A stretch of 64,000 nt of DNA from Eledone cirrhosa (GCA_964016885.1 OZ024761.1:4712001-4776000); one strand, 5' to 3'. Positions 13,430 to 26,952 are shown, counted from the stretch's first letter. Notes: generated from the sequence alone by a model not told the origin. A program made the numbers and translations.

Positions 13430-13940
13430 GAGACAAGGAAAAAGTTAGAAAACCTGATGGGATCCCATCTGAGGTGTTCAAGAATTATCTCTAGGTAAGT
13501 ATAGAAGAAATATTAAATTGGCCCTGCCTGGATGGTATCGTGCAAAACATCTGCAACACAACACTGAGGAAGGGCGAAAAACTACCACAGGAGACTCTTT
13601 CGATAATGCCCCACCCCCACCCCAATCCGGATTTCTATCAAGACCGTCAGCTACCATCACATCAGCATGTCTCAGCAATGCTCTATAATTAATCCATACT
13701 TAATCGGGTAAGGTTGGTATTGATCCCCAAATCTCAAATACAACCAGAACAGATACCAATTGTCTCGCATATGGTGGCTCTTCAGGTAATAGTAGACGAG
13801 GTAAAGAAGACCAATAGGTCCGCTGTGTTTGATGTTTATCGACTTTGACAACGCATTTGATTCAATTCAACAAGATAAAATTATCTTGATGCCATAGGAA
13901 ATCTCTCCTCATGTCATTCTAACTATCGAGATACAACGAA
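13430..13940 (+). mobile_element. Highly degenerate LINE reverse transcriptase fragment
   Basis: GKVRKPDGIPSEVFK... and FIDFDNAFDSI motifs with stops and frameshifts. Confidence 0.6.
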
Positions 13941-13959
13941 GTGTAACAAGCAAAAGAGA

Positions 13960-14650
13960 ATGTCAACGACATCCTCTCTTCGGCCATGTACCATAAAAAA
14001 GACACCTTAAATCCAGGAAAAGTGTCCTAAAGAGCGTCACATCCCTTGGAACATCAAGCATAATTAGTGAAAGAGTCACTCGCTGGGAAGAAAAACTTAA
14101 CAACCCCTCCCCATCTGTAACAACAATGGAGCTAAAGGCGAGCGAAGCACTGTCCCTGGAGCTAAAGGCAAATGAGGTACTGACCCCTGGAGCTAAATGC
14201 AAGTGAGGCACTGCCCCCTGGAGGTAAAGGTGAGCGAGACACTGCCCTGGAGCTAAAGGCAAATGAGGCACTGACCCCTGGAGCTAAAGGCAAGTGAGGC
14301 ACTGCTCCCTGGAGTTAAAGGTGAGCGAGGCACTGCCCCCTGGAGCTAAAGGCAAGTGAGGCACTGGCCCCCTGGAGCTAAAGGCAAGCGAGGCATTTCC
14401 CCTGGAGCTAAAAGCAAGTAAGGCACTGCCCTCCTGGAGCAGATACAAACTATGCAGAGTGGAAATGTCTAAACAGACTAAGATCTGGTGTTGAATTGCT
14501 AAAGTCACTCTTGCAAAATGGTGATATTTAAAGGATGGGGACGTTGTGTGTGACTTTGGCATTGAACCACAGACTACGCAGCACCTCCTGATATGACCCC
14601 TGCTGGAACACCCCAGCTCAGTATTGGACTTGGCAGAGTTTAATGAGAAA
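13960..14650 (+). mobile_element. Degenerate Vingi/Ingi-like LINE 3' end interrupted by a ~30-bp minisatellite (14148-14440)
   Basis: RHPLFGH...RHLKSRKS and KW.Y...CD.GIEPQTTQHLL..P...DLAEFN remnants; tandem GGAGCTAAAGGCAAGTGAGGCACTGCCCCT. Confidence 0.5.
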
Positions 14651-15145
14651 GGACAGCAATGTGTTCAGCTGTGGTGGAACCACATCTGGCCAAGCTTTGT
14701 AACTGACACTCTAGGGGGCAAAAGGACAGCAATGTGTTCTGGCAGAACCACATCTAGCCAAGCTTTGTAACTGACACTCTGGGGGACAAAAGGACAGCAA
14801 TGTGTTCAGGCAGAACCACATCTAGCCAAGCTTTGTAACTAACACTCTGGGGGACAAAAGGACAGCAATGTGTTCAGCTGTGGTGGAACCACATCTAGCC
14901 AAGCTTTGTAACTGACACTCTGGGGGACAAAAGGACAGCAATGTGTTCAGCTGTGGTGGAACCACATCTAGCCAAGCGTTGTAACTGATACTCTAGGGGA
15001 CAAAAGAGGACAGCAATGTGTTCTGGCAGAACCACATCTAGCCAAGCTTTGTAACTGACACTCTAGGGGACAAAAGGACAGCAATATGCTCAGCTGTGAC
15101 AGAACCACATCTAGCCAAGCTTTGTAACTGACACTCTGGGGGACA
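14648..15145. repeat. 62-68 bp minisatellite, ~8 copies
   Basis: Repeated AAAGGACAGCAATGTGTTC...AACCACATCTAGCCAAGCTTTGTAACTGACACTCT. Confidence 0.9.
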
Positions 15146-15364
15146 TGACAAGAAGAAGAATTGAATAGTGAAACCGAAGTATTTGAGTTGAAAGATGGTT
15201 GAGGGAGTAGTCTTATACGGTGACATGTTGGTGCGCCTTCATTTTTCTCATTGCTCTTGACTACATTGCCCACTAAGTAGTTGGAGGACCAAAAGGACCT
15301 GTGTGTTCCAAATGTCTAGAAAGGTAGGTCCGGGGTTGTACACCCAACCATGTTATTCTCTCTT

Positions 15365-15444
<80 letters not shown>

Positions 15445-15484
15445 ATATTAATAAATGGAAACTATATTTATAAAACCATAATTA

Positions 15485-15545
15485 TTTTATTATATATATT
15501 TCAAGGGCAACCAAGGCAGTTTTGGTGCGCTTTCATCAGATAAAA
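15485..15545 (-). ncRNA. Minimal type I hammerhead ribozyme
   Basis: UUUUAU-CUGAUGA-AAGCGCACCAA aacugcc UUGGUUGCCCUU-GAAA UAUAU AUA-AUAAAA; stem I 6 bp, palindromic stem III. Confidence 0.8.
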
Positions 15546-15792
15546 TGCAAAATTTGTTTTATAAATGTTGACATACCCTTAGAAAAACAACCTTGACGGT
15601 TGAAGGTTCGCTGGATAGTGGAAAAAATTGTTATTGAGGATAATTCAAAGTTCTGTGTGAGTATGCAAATGAATGTCCGAAAAAATTGAAAAATATTGAA
15701 ATATATATATATATAACGAAGGAAATGTGGTAAGGAACCAGGTGGACCAAAACGCACTAAAGTACTCAATACTTAGGGTAGTAGAGTGGGTA

Positions 15793-16600
15793 ATAGGAAC
15801 GAGTAGGACCCCGACGGCTGAGCTCAAGCCGTTTCGACGGGTAATTCTGGACTAAATGAACATTTTTATCCTGGTATATGAATAGCCGAGCTTCTCAGGG
15901 GGTAATTTCATATATGGTAAAAGTGATTGTCACAAGGATTGGTCAAAAGTTTGTTGTTGAATCACATAATTCCATCATGGCAATTTGTAGCTGAACCTGC
16001 CAGTAGAAGAAAGAGGGAGTGGGAGTGGAGGAAACCCAGTCGTGCGTTGATATTGCCAACTACAGCAGGATCCTAAGGGCAGGAGGTCAAGCAAGTATAC
16101 TAGGGAGGGAGGGGGGGGAATGTGGAAGTCGAAACAATAAGTAAATCAATATGGAGTAAATATATAGAAGAATACCAAGATTGTTAAAAATATAAAAAAA
16201 CAATTTCTGGTTACTATTCCCTAACCACAATCATCAAGTCTCTCACTGATACTGCTAAACTATAGAAATGTTTACTAGGTGGGACGGAATTGTAGTGAGA
16301 CAATTTTGAGTTAGTAGTAATCAACCGAGTGTATCTTACAGTGACAGGTCAACAAGTAGGGGCCAAAATACTAAAGAAACTACCACGAAATAATAATTCA
16401 GAGTCCCGAAACTAATACGAAATAATTGCTTCTACCCTAGGCACAAGGCCAGCAATTACCCAGTGCAAAACATAAACTAATACGAAATAATTGCTTCTAC
16501 GCTAGGCACAAGGCCAGCAATTACCCAGTGCAAAACATAAACTAATACGAAATAATAATTCAGAATCCCGAAAATAAATACTAATACTATCTCTAAGGGT
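15793..16600 (-). mobile_element. Penelope-type pLTR element with terminal hammerhead (15808-15903)
   Basis: Homologous to 62873-63600 over ~750 bp; its hammerhead core reads CUGAGAA. Confidence 0.65.
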
Positions 16601-17767
16601 GTTCTGTAGTAATAGGGCTCCAATCGCTCTGGGTGTATCTGTAGACCTCACGGGGTCTGTTGAATAGTGGTGAATCTTTACATAGTTAGTTATAGGTGTA
16701 ATGCTCCGATGTATCCGCCAAAAATAGCTTCATACAGGCTCTATATATAGCTGTCACTTCCTGTCCCCCAACCTGAGGGGACAGCCCACGCATGAACTTG
16801 TTAACACAATAAATGTGGTGACCTAGAATTTGATCTTTAGGTGTCACTCAAGATTCAAGGCGCGGATAGATTTCGCTACATATATATATATAGAGACTCA
16901 AGAAAATTAACAAAGAGAGGACAAGAAAACGAAAGGAAACAAAACAAAACGAAAAACAATTTTTTAAGGGGAAACCTTAAAGAATTAATTTTTAAAAATA
17001 AATATACAAACGAAGGACACGGAACTCCATGGTCATCGGCTGTTGAGATAGACTTGGGCAGTTTCCACCCCTACCAACGGTGCTGTTGGTCCATCCGGGG
17101 TCACAGCGTCTGACATAAGCCAAACACTGTCCAATGGAGTCAGAGACAAGAGACAAAATAGTAATATATAACCGTTAAGCTAGAAAACATAGAATGTTGT
17201 GTGACGTTAGGGGGAAAAGTATGGTGTCTCACATAGCACGTGAAACATGAGTGAAAGAACGTTAAAAGAAAGGGGAAAAAAAGCAAGACAAGTGGGACAT
17301 TTAAAGAAAACAGAAAACTCGATAGGAACAAGCACGTGGACAATTTCCGCTCGTCGACTGTCTTATGGGCACCATTATAGTGTCGGATTCAAAGACGGGA
17401 CTGTTTCCCCAATGTATAAATAGAATGGAAAAGAAGATAGCAATTTGGGGTGAAAAGATAAGAGACGTTAGAGAAGAAAGGAAGACGAAGTATCTACAAT
17501 CCGATAATTGAAGGTCGAGCAATGAGCTGGAACCAATATTAAGAGATAAGAGACGGAGCAGAGAGAACAGACGAAGTCAGTTGGTAGATTACAGAAGAAT
17601 TAGAGAGAGGATTGATGGGAGTTGGTAGGTAGGGCAGTATTGAGATAGAGATAGATATAGATAGATAGATAGAGAGTGAGAGAGTGAGAGAGTGGGAGAG
17701 AAGTAAAGGGAGGGAGGGATGTATATATATATGTATAGAGAGAGAGTGAGAGTGGTGAGTGAGAGAG

Positions 17768-17811
<44 letters not shown>

Positions 17812-17837
17812 ATGTATATATCCCTCTCTCTCACTCA

Positions 17838-18222
17838 CTTGCATGACGAAAAACGTAGTCTACAGGTGCAAGGTCACAACCCCTAACTCGGAGCACCACT
17901 ACATAGGAACCACGGCGACGAGCTTCAAAGATAGGTGGTATAACCATCGCCATTCCTTTAACAGAATAGAAAAGAGGAAATGTACGGCCCTTTCTGAATT
18001 GATCTGGAAGCTCAAACTTGAAAAGACCCCCGCACTCTCTGGTCTCGTCCGTGGTTAGAAAGGTTCCCCCAGACAGAGGTGGGTCTGGTATTTGCAACCT
18101 CTGTCTTAGTGAGACACTCGAGATACTTCATGGCGGAACCAAGCTATTAAACAGAAGGGCCGACTTATTCGGCGCCTGCAGACACCTAAGGACGGGTACT
18201 TTCCTCAAGCTATATGGATAAA
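17838..18222 (+). mobile_element. Penelope GIY-YIG endonuclease fragment
   Basis: CMTKNVVYRCKV...YIGTTATSFKDRWYNHRHSF...CNLCLSE...LLNRR..LFGACRH, with one frameshift. Confidence 0.85.
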
Positions 18223-19529
18223 CTCCGGTTATGGCCTCCCACAACGCCCCCCCCCACCCCTGTAGGTCCCCTACATCCCGTACCAATGACCAATGAATAA
18301 CAACAACCACCCATAGTTTATGGTCCCTACGGTGGATTGTCCACTGGATCCTCTACTGGTTAGGAGTCAACAAAACCACGTTTATTGAACCTGAGAAACC
18401 CCCACCCCGGGAGTGGCCCACACAGGAAGAACAATTATCCCAAGGTACTAACCCTATACGCATGAATGAGTGCCCGCAACCGTGCACTGTGTGTGTATAC
18501 TAGGATTACGTGAATGTACAGACTCATGTGAACGCAACGAAATACTAATACCCCAGGTTACATTTGAAAAATGTTCGAGTGTATGCTTAAGAGTATATTT
18601 GTATATGCTCTCTTGTATGAGTGCACATGTGTATATAGACATACACACGCATCCAGAGGTATAAAAGTGTGGGTGGGTATATATGTCTGTAGTAAGGGAT
18701 TCGCCTAAGCTCCAAAGCCCCCAAGTTATTGCTGTGAAGATATATATCACACTCTACCTTTATCTAGTCTAAACAATAACTTTTCCAAACACCCACTTTA
18801 CTTTTCTTTAAAAAATAACACCCACCTAGTTTTATGTCTGCCTTATACTTCGATTTGGGGGCCTCTGTTGTATATATATATGCACATGTGCGTACATATA
18901 TATATACACACCTGTATGGATTTGTGTGTGTAGATGTGTGTGTGTGTCTGAGGGGGTAGGTGTGAGTGTATGTACAAGTCAACCAACATAAGTCTTTTTA
19001 TTTCTAAACTTTGTAAGTATTTTATTCTAACCATAATTTTCAGTATTACAACCCCACATAAATTCCTCAATCTGTATGTGTGGATGTGTGTGTGTGTCTG
19101 AGGGGGTGGGTGTGAGTGTATGTGCAAGTCAACCAACATAAGTCTTTTTATATGTAAATTTTCTAGTATTCTACTCTAACCATAATTTTCAGTAATACCA
19201 CCCCACATAAATTCCTCAATTTAAGAATGACCTGTAGTATCGAATTTCATACTATAAACCTCAATTGAATATATATCTGACCAGGAATGCTTTTTGTGAA
19301 AATCAGTCATATGGAACTATTGTTATCTTGCCTGACGGTTTGAACTTTACAACACCACCTGCCTCTTTGAGGTAAAATACCAACCCTACTAGCATCTACA
19401 AACTGACCAATGAGAATTAAGATTTTTCCTGCTGACAACATTAAATTATTCCTAACAAGCTCATATGTCCCAAGGCTCTGATACCATCAACACCATAAAC
19501 ACAGAGCTGGCATATCTAAGAACTGACTA

Positions 19530-19585
19530 ACTGCCTGATGAGGTCATAGTCATTCAATGGCTATCATCGAAATATATATAGCAGT
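19530..19585 (+). ncRNA. Minimal type I hammerhead ribozyme
   Basis: ACUGC-CUGAUGA-GGUC AUAGUCAU uca AUGGCUAU CAUC-GAAA UAUAU AUA-GCAGU; all three stems present. Confidence 0.85.
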
Positions 19586-19783
19586 AAATAAAGGATTATG
19601 AGTTCATGCAATTGACTTATGTTTCGTCACTATATATATATATATAGTAATAATAATAAATTTGAAGACTAAAATCCAAAGAGGGCTCGATAAGGATAAA
19701 TATATATCAAATATATAAGAACCGTAGAGCAAATATTTATTAAAATAACAGATTAAAGTTTAAGCAAAGAATCGCTGCTTTCA

Positions 19784-19836
19784 CCCTTAACGGGATCTTC
19801 TGAAACTAAGTTAGTTTCAGAAGATCCTGTTAAGGG
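19784..19836. repeat. 26-bp-arm near-perfect palindrome
   Basis: CCCTTAACGGGATCTTCTGAAACTAA-G-TTAGTTTCAGAAGATCCTGTTAAGGG. Confidence 0.9.
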
Positions 19837-19860
19837 AGACAGAGAGAGAAGAGGAGGAGA

Positions 19861-19902
<42 letters not shown>

Positions 19903-20670
19903 AGAGAGAGAGAGAGAGAGAGAGAGAAGAGAGAGAGAGGGAGTAAGAGAGAGAGAGTGAGAGAGTGAGAGGGAGAGGGGGAGAAAGAGCGAGAGAGAAA
20001 GGGGGAGTAAGAGAGAGATAGGGGGGTGGAGTAAGAGAGAGATAGATAGATAGAGATAGATAGAGAGAAAGGTCAGTAGCAGATGTTTTTTGGCAGTAAT
20101 ATGATAACGTCACGGAAATACGTCATTTTCATTGGTTGTTTTTCTACAACGCTTTAAGTGGGAATTTTCCCAAATCTTTAGAAATGTTGTGACCTTGAAA
20201 GACCAACAAATGAAACTCCCCCAAAACCTCAAACAAGACATCACAAATATGTCAGCTTGTTGTCTTTTGATTGCTGTTGTTCTAAATCTTCTCTTAATCC
20301 TTCTACAGCTTCTGGTCTGGTTTTGTATGGTAGAGTCTAGCGCATACACTGTAACACATACACACACCGACACACACTGACACACACTGACACACATACA
20401 TACACTCTAACACATACACACACACAGACATACACACACATACATACATATACACATATATGCGAGTGTGTAAAACAAAAATGAGAGCCCTTCTCGGGTT
20501 ACCGAAACCGCAAGAAATCGTAGTTTAATTTCCATCCAATCACACCCAACTGGTTTCAAAATGAGTCATTAAACAGCTTAGACAAAAATATAATGGGAGG
20601 GTCGTAGATGGAACTTTAATCATTGGTCAACTTCTTCAAGGCACAACATGCATACATACATACATATACA

Positions 20671-21263
20671 TGGTGGCTGCCAACTCTTTTTCGAGTACGG
20701 CCAATACTTTATATCCATGTAGGAGAACCCCTACCGATGCGCTGAACGAGTGTGACTTTTTAGTCCAGTCAGCGACTTGATAACTCTGGTACAAACACTA
20801 CACTTGTGACAATTACTGACACACAGTGCTGGGCCCATGGTACCATGTGACGACAAGTGCAGATAGATCTCCAGATATAAAGCAATGCCTGTGCCGCGAA
20901 GCTTTTATAGTGAGCAAAGGCACTGCACAAAGCCAGTGCCACTCTCTTAACCAAGATGATATTTACCAAAAAGAAGAACAAGTCAACATCATTGGATACC
21001 ATCAGGGTTGCAGGTGTTATATCAGAGTTTTCCTTCTCCTAGAATTCTGCCTTGACAAAGGCTAAGGGGTCATCTCTCCCGGTGATTTTGGATGGCCATT
21101 GACTCTTAAGAGCTCCTTTGCCCTTTGAGAGGTTTTGTCTTTAGTCCGGCAGGATGTGCAGTCACCCTCCTCACCAAGAAACCTTGGTGGGGTTGCCAGT
21201 TTAGTCGCCAACGACCCGACCATGAGACAGGTTGTACTGGGATACATGTTACCAGTAGCACCA
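20671..21263 (+). mobile_element. RTE-related non-autonomous element (longest copy) embedded in (CATA)n
   Basis: Contains AGTTTTCCTTCTCCTAG...AAGGCTAAG and GGGGTTGCCAGTTTAGTCGCC, resembling RTE 5'UTR motifs; 3 copies in the window. Confidence 0.6.
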
Positions 21264-21439
21264 ACATACATACATACACACATACATACATACATACATA
21301 CACACATACACACATACATACATACATACAAACATACATACATACATACATACATACATACATACACACATACATACATACATACATACATACACACATA
21401 CATACATATAAAATATTGGCTGGCGTTCCATTTGCTATT

Positions 21440-23817
21440 CTGTGAATGTATGTATGTGTGTTTGTGTGAATGTATGCGTGTGTGTTTGTGTGAATGCATG
21501 TGTGTGTTTATGTGTATGTATTCGGGTGTGTTTGTGTGAATGTATGCGTGTGTTTGTGTGAATGTATGTGCGTGATTCTCTGAATGTATGTGTATGTGTT
21601 TGTGTGAATGTATGTGTGTGTGTTTGTGTGAATATATGTGTGTGTTTGTGTGAATGTGTGTTTGTGTGAATGTATGTCTGTATGTTTGTGTGATTGTATG
21701 TCTGTATGTTTGTGTGAATCTATGTCTGTGTGTGTTTGTGTGAATGTATGTCTGTGTGTGTTTGTGTCAATGTATGTCTGTGTGTTTGTGTGAATGTATG
21801 TCTGTGTGTTTGTGTGAATGTATTTCTGTGTGTGTTTGTGTGAATGTATGTGTGTGTGTTTGTGTGAATGTATTTCTGTGTGTGTTTGTGTGAATGTATG
21901 TGTGTGTGTGGTTGTGTGAATGTATGTCTGTGTGTGTTTGTGTGAATGTATGTCTGTGTGTGTTTGTGTGAATGTATGTCTGTGTTTGGGTGAATGTATG
22001 TGTGTGTGTTTGTGTGAATGTATGTGTGTGTTTGTGTGAATGTATGTCTGTGTTTGGGTGAATGTATGTCTGTGTGTGTTTGGGTGAATGTATGTCTGTG
22101 TGTTTGTGTGAATGTATGTCTGTGTGTGTTTGTGTGAATGTATGTCTGTGTTTGGGTGAATGTATGTCTGTGTGTGTTTGTGTGAATGTATGTCTGTGTG
22201 TGTTTGTGTGAATGTATGTGTGTGTGTTTGTGTGAATGTATGTGTGTGTGTTTGTGTGAATGTATATCTGTGTTTGTGTGAATGTATGTCTGTGTTTGGG
22301 TGAATGTATGTCTGTGTGTGTTTGGGTGAATGTATGTCTGTGTGTTTGTGTGAATGTATGTCTGTGTGTGTTTGTGTGAATGTATGTCTGTGTTTGGGTG
22401 AATGTATGTCTGTGTGTGTTTGTGTGAATGTATGTCTGTGTGTGTTTGTGTGAATGTATGTGTGTGTGTTTGTGTGAATGTATGTGTGTGTGTTTGTGTG
22501 AATGTATGTCTGTGTTTGTGTGAATGTATGTCTGTGTTTGAGTGAATGTATGTCTGTGTGTGTTTGTGTGAATGTATGTCTGTGTGTGTTTGTGTGAATG
22601 TATGTCTGTGTTTGTGTGAATGTATGTCTGTGTGTGTTTGTGTGAATGTATGTCTGTGTGTGTTTGTGTGAATGTATGTCTGTGTTTGTGTGAATGTATG
22701 TCTGTGTGTGTTTGTGTGAATGTATGTCTGTGTGTGTTTGTGTGAATGAATGTCTGTGTGTGTTTGTGTGAATGTATGTGTGTGTGTTTGTGTGAATGTA
22801 TGTGTGTGTGTTTGTGTGAATGTATGTCTGTGTTTGTGTGAATGTATGTCTGTGTTTGGGTGAATGTATGTCTGTGTGTGTTTGGGTGAATGTATGTATG
22901 TGTGTTTGTGTGAATGTATGTCTGTGTGTGTTTGTGTGAATGTATGTCTGTGTTTGGGTGAATGTATGTCTGTGTGTGTTTGTGTGAATGTATGTCTGTG
23001 TGTGTTTGTGTGAATGTATGTGTGTGTGTTTGTGTGAATGTATGTGTGTGTGTTTGTGTGAATGTATATCTGTGTTTGTGTGAATGTATGTCTGTGTTTG
23101 GGTGAATGTATGTCTGTGTGTGTTTGGGTGAATGTATGTCTGTGTGTTTGTGTGAATGTATGTCTGTGTGTGTTTGTGTGAATGTATGTCTGTGTTTGGG
23201 TGAATGTATGTCTGTGTGTGTTTGTGTGAATGTATGTCTGTGTGTGTTTGTGTGAATGTATGTGTGTCTGTTTGTGTGAATGTATGTGTGTGTGTTTGTG
23301 TGAATGTATGTCTGTGTTTGTGTGAATGTATGTCTGTGTTTGAGTGAATGTATGTCTGTGTGTGTTTGTGTGAATGTATGTCTGTGTGTGTTTGTGTGAA
23401 TGTATGTCTGTGTTTGTGTGAATGTATGTCTGTGTGTGTTTGTGTGAATGTATGTCTGTGTGTGTTTGTGTGAATGTATGTCTGTGTTTGTGTGAATGTA
23501 TGTGTGTGTGTTTGTGTGAATGTATGTCTGAGTGTGTATTTTTGTGTGTCTGTGTTTATATTTATATACTCATACATATAAATGCATATACACATACACA
23601 GGCACACATACACATTCACACGCACATATACATATACACATTCACACGCACATATTCATATACACATACACAGGCACATATACATATACACATACACAGG
23701 CACATATACACATACACACACATATACACATACACATACACATACACAGGCACATATACACATACACATACACAGGCACATATACACATACACAGGCACA
23801 TATACATATACACATAC
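21440..23817. repeat. Compound (TG)-rich minisatellite, 20-24 bp unit, followed by a (CA)-rich tract
   Basis: GTGTGAATGTATGTCTGTGTGTGTTT repeated; a related shorter copy with the same flanks lies at 40250-40840. Confidence 0.95.
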
Positions 23818-23819
23818 GC

Positions 23820-23990
23820 GTCAGCCCCGATAGTAGTGAGAAGAGAAGTGTTGAGAGGACCAACAACGCTGGAAGTCTCTACTGCTATAGTTTCAGCCAC
23901 GAAGCTGTCGGAGAACGACCGATACTTTGATAGTGGTAGTTTGATTCTGCTGGATCCAGCAGTGGACCCAGCCCATTGCCCTTGCAAGGA
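23820..23990 (-). mobile_element. CRE-like non-LTR retrotransposon restriction-like endonuclease fragment
   Basis: AGSTAGSSRIKLPLSKYRSFSDSFVAETIAVETSSVVGP..SLLTTIG resembles the K..KY...PIAVET.G..GP C-terminal motif. Confidence 0.55.
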
Positions 23991-24125
23991 GATTTTTGTC
24001 TGAAAGAAGAACTCTTATTGTTAATACATTTTGGACTTCGCCACTACCATCGCACACCATTCTACTTTTCTTTTGAAAAGGGTGTGTTAACACCGAAATA
24101 TGCAATATAAGATAACAGTATAAAC

Positions 24126-24374
24126 CAGGGGTCTCAAACTGACGGACTCACGAGGGACATTACGTCCTGAGGGTGATACACAGCGGGCCAGAAGTGAAAC
24201 GTGGAGGGGTGTGATTTCAATATAGTTGATAGGCTGATATTTATTTAATACTGCTGCAAGAGTATGGAAGGGGTGGGGGCAACTTATCAAGTTTTAGGAA
24301 AATGTTAGTCACAAAAATGGTTCTGCCGGCAACCATAGAAAAGTGGTTTGCGGGCCGCGGGTTTCAGACCCCTG
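24126..24374. mobile_element. hAT (Charlie-like) MITE
   Basis: Terminal inverted repeats CAGGGGTCTCAAAC / GTTTCAGACCCCTG; internal GCGGGCCG motifs. Confidence 0.75.
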
Positions 24375-24445
24375 GGGTACCTGGGGTAGACATTTATTTT
24401 GTCAGGTCTTCTTACCTCATTCCCATTTTCATTCCTTTATTTTCA

Positions 24446-25105
24446 ACATAGAGTTGTCTGTAGTGACATATAGTTGCCTATAGTGTGTACTATCATATAG
24501 GTAGTCATAGAGTTGCCTGTGGTGACATAGAGTTGCCTGCAGTGACATAGAGTAGCCTGCAGTGGCATAGAGTTGCCTGCAGTGGCATAGAGTTGCCTGC
24601 AGTGACATAGAGTTGCCTATAGTGTGTACTATCATATAGGTAGTCATAGAGTTGCCTGTGGTGACATAGAGTTGCCTGCAGTGACATAGAGTTGCCTGCA
24701 GTGGCATATAGTTGCCTGCAGTGACATAGAGTTGCCTATAGTGTGTACTATCATATAGGTAGTCATAGAGTTGGCTGTGGTGACATGGAGTTGCCTGTAG
24801 TGACATAGAGTTGCCTGTAGTGACATATAGTTGCCTGTAGTGTATACTATCATATAGGTAGTCATTGAGTTGCCTGTAGTGACATAGAGTTGCCTGCAGT
24901 GGAATAGAGTTGCCTCCAGTGACATAGAGTTGCCTGCAGTGACATAGAGTTGCCTTTAGTGACATAGAGTTGCCTGTAGTGACATAGAGTTGCCTGTAGT
25001 GACATAGAGTTGCCTTTAGTGACATAGAGTTGCCTGTAGTGAAATAGAGTTGCCTGTAGTGAGAGATTCTATAATTGAGGTAGACATCAGTTGCCTGTAG
25101 TAACA
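24446..25105. repeat. 20-bp minisatellite with periodically inserted longer variant
   Basis: GACATAGAGTTGCCTGYAGT units with recurring TGTACTATCATATAGGTAGT insert. Confidence 0.95.
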
Positions 25106-25108
25106 TCC

Positions 25109-26272
25109 TTAAAGGCGGTCTATGTCACTGTTGATGTGGAAGTTTCCGGTGTTGTTCAGTATTTTTCGAGTTCCAACATCAACTGCTCGGATTTCGTCTA
25201 TCGTCCAATTGAGTATCCCAAACGTTGGTGTTAGGACAGGCACAGCAAACACATTGTGAGCCACTGTTTTGTTTTGCGCAGAGAGTTCCGATGACCAGAT
25301 CTTTCTTAATCGGGTGTAGTATTCCCTGGTTACGCGTTCCTTATTACAGATACCATTATAGGATATGTTCTCATCTATCCCCAGGTATCTGTAGCAGTCC
25401 TCATCAGATATCGGTGATAAAGTTAGACCATTGATGACAATGTTGCTAGATTGGGTTGTTGTTTTTCCCCGCTTTACAGTCATGTATGAGCATTTATCTT
25501 GGCCAAACTCCATTCCTATATCCTTTGAGAACGTTGTAATCAGGTCAAGATTTTTCTTCATCCCATCCATGTTCTTGGCATAGAGTTTTAGATCGTCCAC
25601 AAAGAAGTTATGGGTTAGGTTCGTATTTCTATCCTCCTGTGAGCCAATGATGTATCCCTCACATTTCTTAAGCAGAAAGGACAAGGGGTTTAATGACAAG
25701 ATGAACAATATCACAGAGAGACTGTCCCCCTGAAATATACCCCTGCAATATTTTATTTTATCAGTGAAAATAGAATCCTTCCTCTCTGTCTTTAATCTTA
25801 GGATAGTAGCCCAAGAAGAAGACAGCCTCTCTATGGCTCTGACAATAATGTCTGGGACTTTAGCAAGTTGGAGGGCCTCTATCATCCAAGAGTGGGGAAC
25901 AGAATCGAAAGCTTTCTTGTAGTCCAGCCAGACTGTAGTCATATTCCTCCTAAGTTGTCGCACCTCCGACATCGCAGTTTTGTTGATTAGGAGTTGTTCA
26001 GCACATCCCAAACCCTTTTCTTTCCAGCTGCTTGTTCATCTGTGATGATGTTATTATTTTCACAGTGATCTTGGAGGAATAGGTTCAGGCAGGCTGTATA
26101 CATCTTATACATCAGGTTCTGGCATGCAATGAGTCGGTAGTTTTTTGCCAAGTGGGTGTCTTTGTTCTTGGGGACCAGTAACGTTTGTGCTAATGTCAGC
26201 CATTCTGGTATAAGTGTATCTCCGTTAAGAACTTGTTGGTAGAGGTCATAGAATATTAGTTTTTTGTACCAG
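25109..26272 (-). mobile_element. R4/Dong-clade LINE reverse transcriptase fragment
   Basis: WLDYKKAFDSVPHSW, RGIFQGDSLS, HNFFVDDLKLYA, YRYLGI; ends at TGNFHINSDIDRL. Confidence 0.9.
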
Positions 26273-26879
26273 TGGTGGTGGTGGTGGTGGTGGGTGATGA
26301 TGAGGGTATATTAGCGGATAGTTCTAGTTAGTCTAGTAACCACACAGTGGCTCCCTCTGATGATTCTATTGTTTGGTGTCTTAATCCGGTTATAGGCTTA
26401 AACTGATGGTGGCTGTGGTGAGGTGGGGTGGATCAGAAGAGTGTGGTGGCGGTGGTGGGGGTAGGGGATCGGTGGGGTATTTGTGTTGGAGGTGGTGGGG
26501 TTGGGGTGGGATGTTGGTGTTGGTGGTGGTGGGGTGGATGAGAACATGTGGTAGCGGTGGTGGTGGGGCGGGGGGATCAAATCAGTGTGGCGGTGGTGGT
26601 GGTGGTGTGGGGTATCAAATCAGTGTGATGGTAGTGGTGGTGGTAGTAGAGTTGGTTGTGGTGGTGGTATGTTGGTGGTGGTGTGTTGGTGGGGTGGCGG
26701 GGTGGGGGTTATATTTTGTTGTTAATAAATGATATTGTCAAGGGAAACTATACAATGACAAGGTCTGGTGATTGGCTCCTAGTTTCTCAGAGTCCTCGTA
26801 CTGCTCTGTACCACCACCACCACCACCACCACCACTACTACCACTACTACCACTACTACTACTACTACTACTGCTGCTG

Positions 26880-26936
<57 letters not shown>

Positions 26937-26952
26937 TAATTATGAGTATGTG

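Noticed and set aside
17020-17110. Possible type II hammerhead on the minus strand (GAAAC...GUC...CCGAUGA)
   Set aside because: Stems I and II could not be paired convincingly.
21508-23625. 705-aa HT-rich ORF and similar long YI/CV-rich ORFs (1535-2683, 32555-34377)
   Set aside because: Stop-free translations of micro- and minisatellites; no coding complexity or splice context.
24429-25106. 225-aa repetitive ORF adjoining the LINE RT
   Set aside because: Translation of a 20-bp minisatellite; not part of the element.
26406-26940. Gly/Val-rich and poly-His/Tyr ORF segments
   Set aside because: (GGT)n, (CAC)n and (TAC)n microsatellites fused in frame to a LINE fragment.
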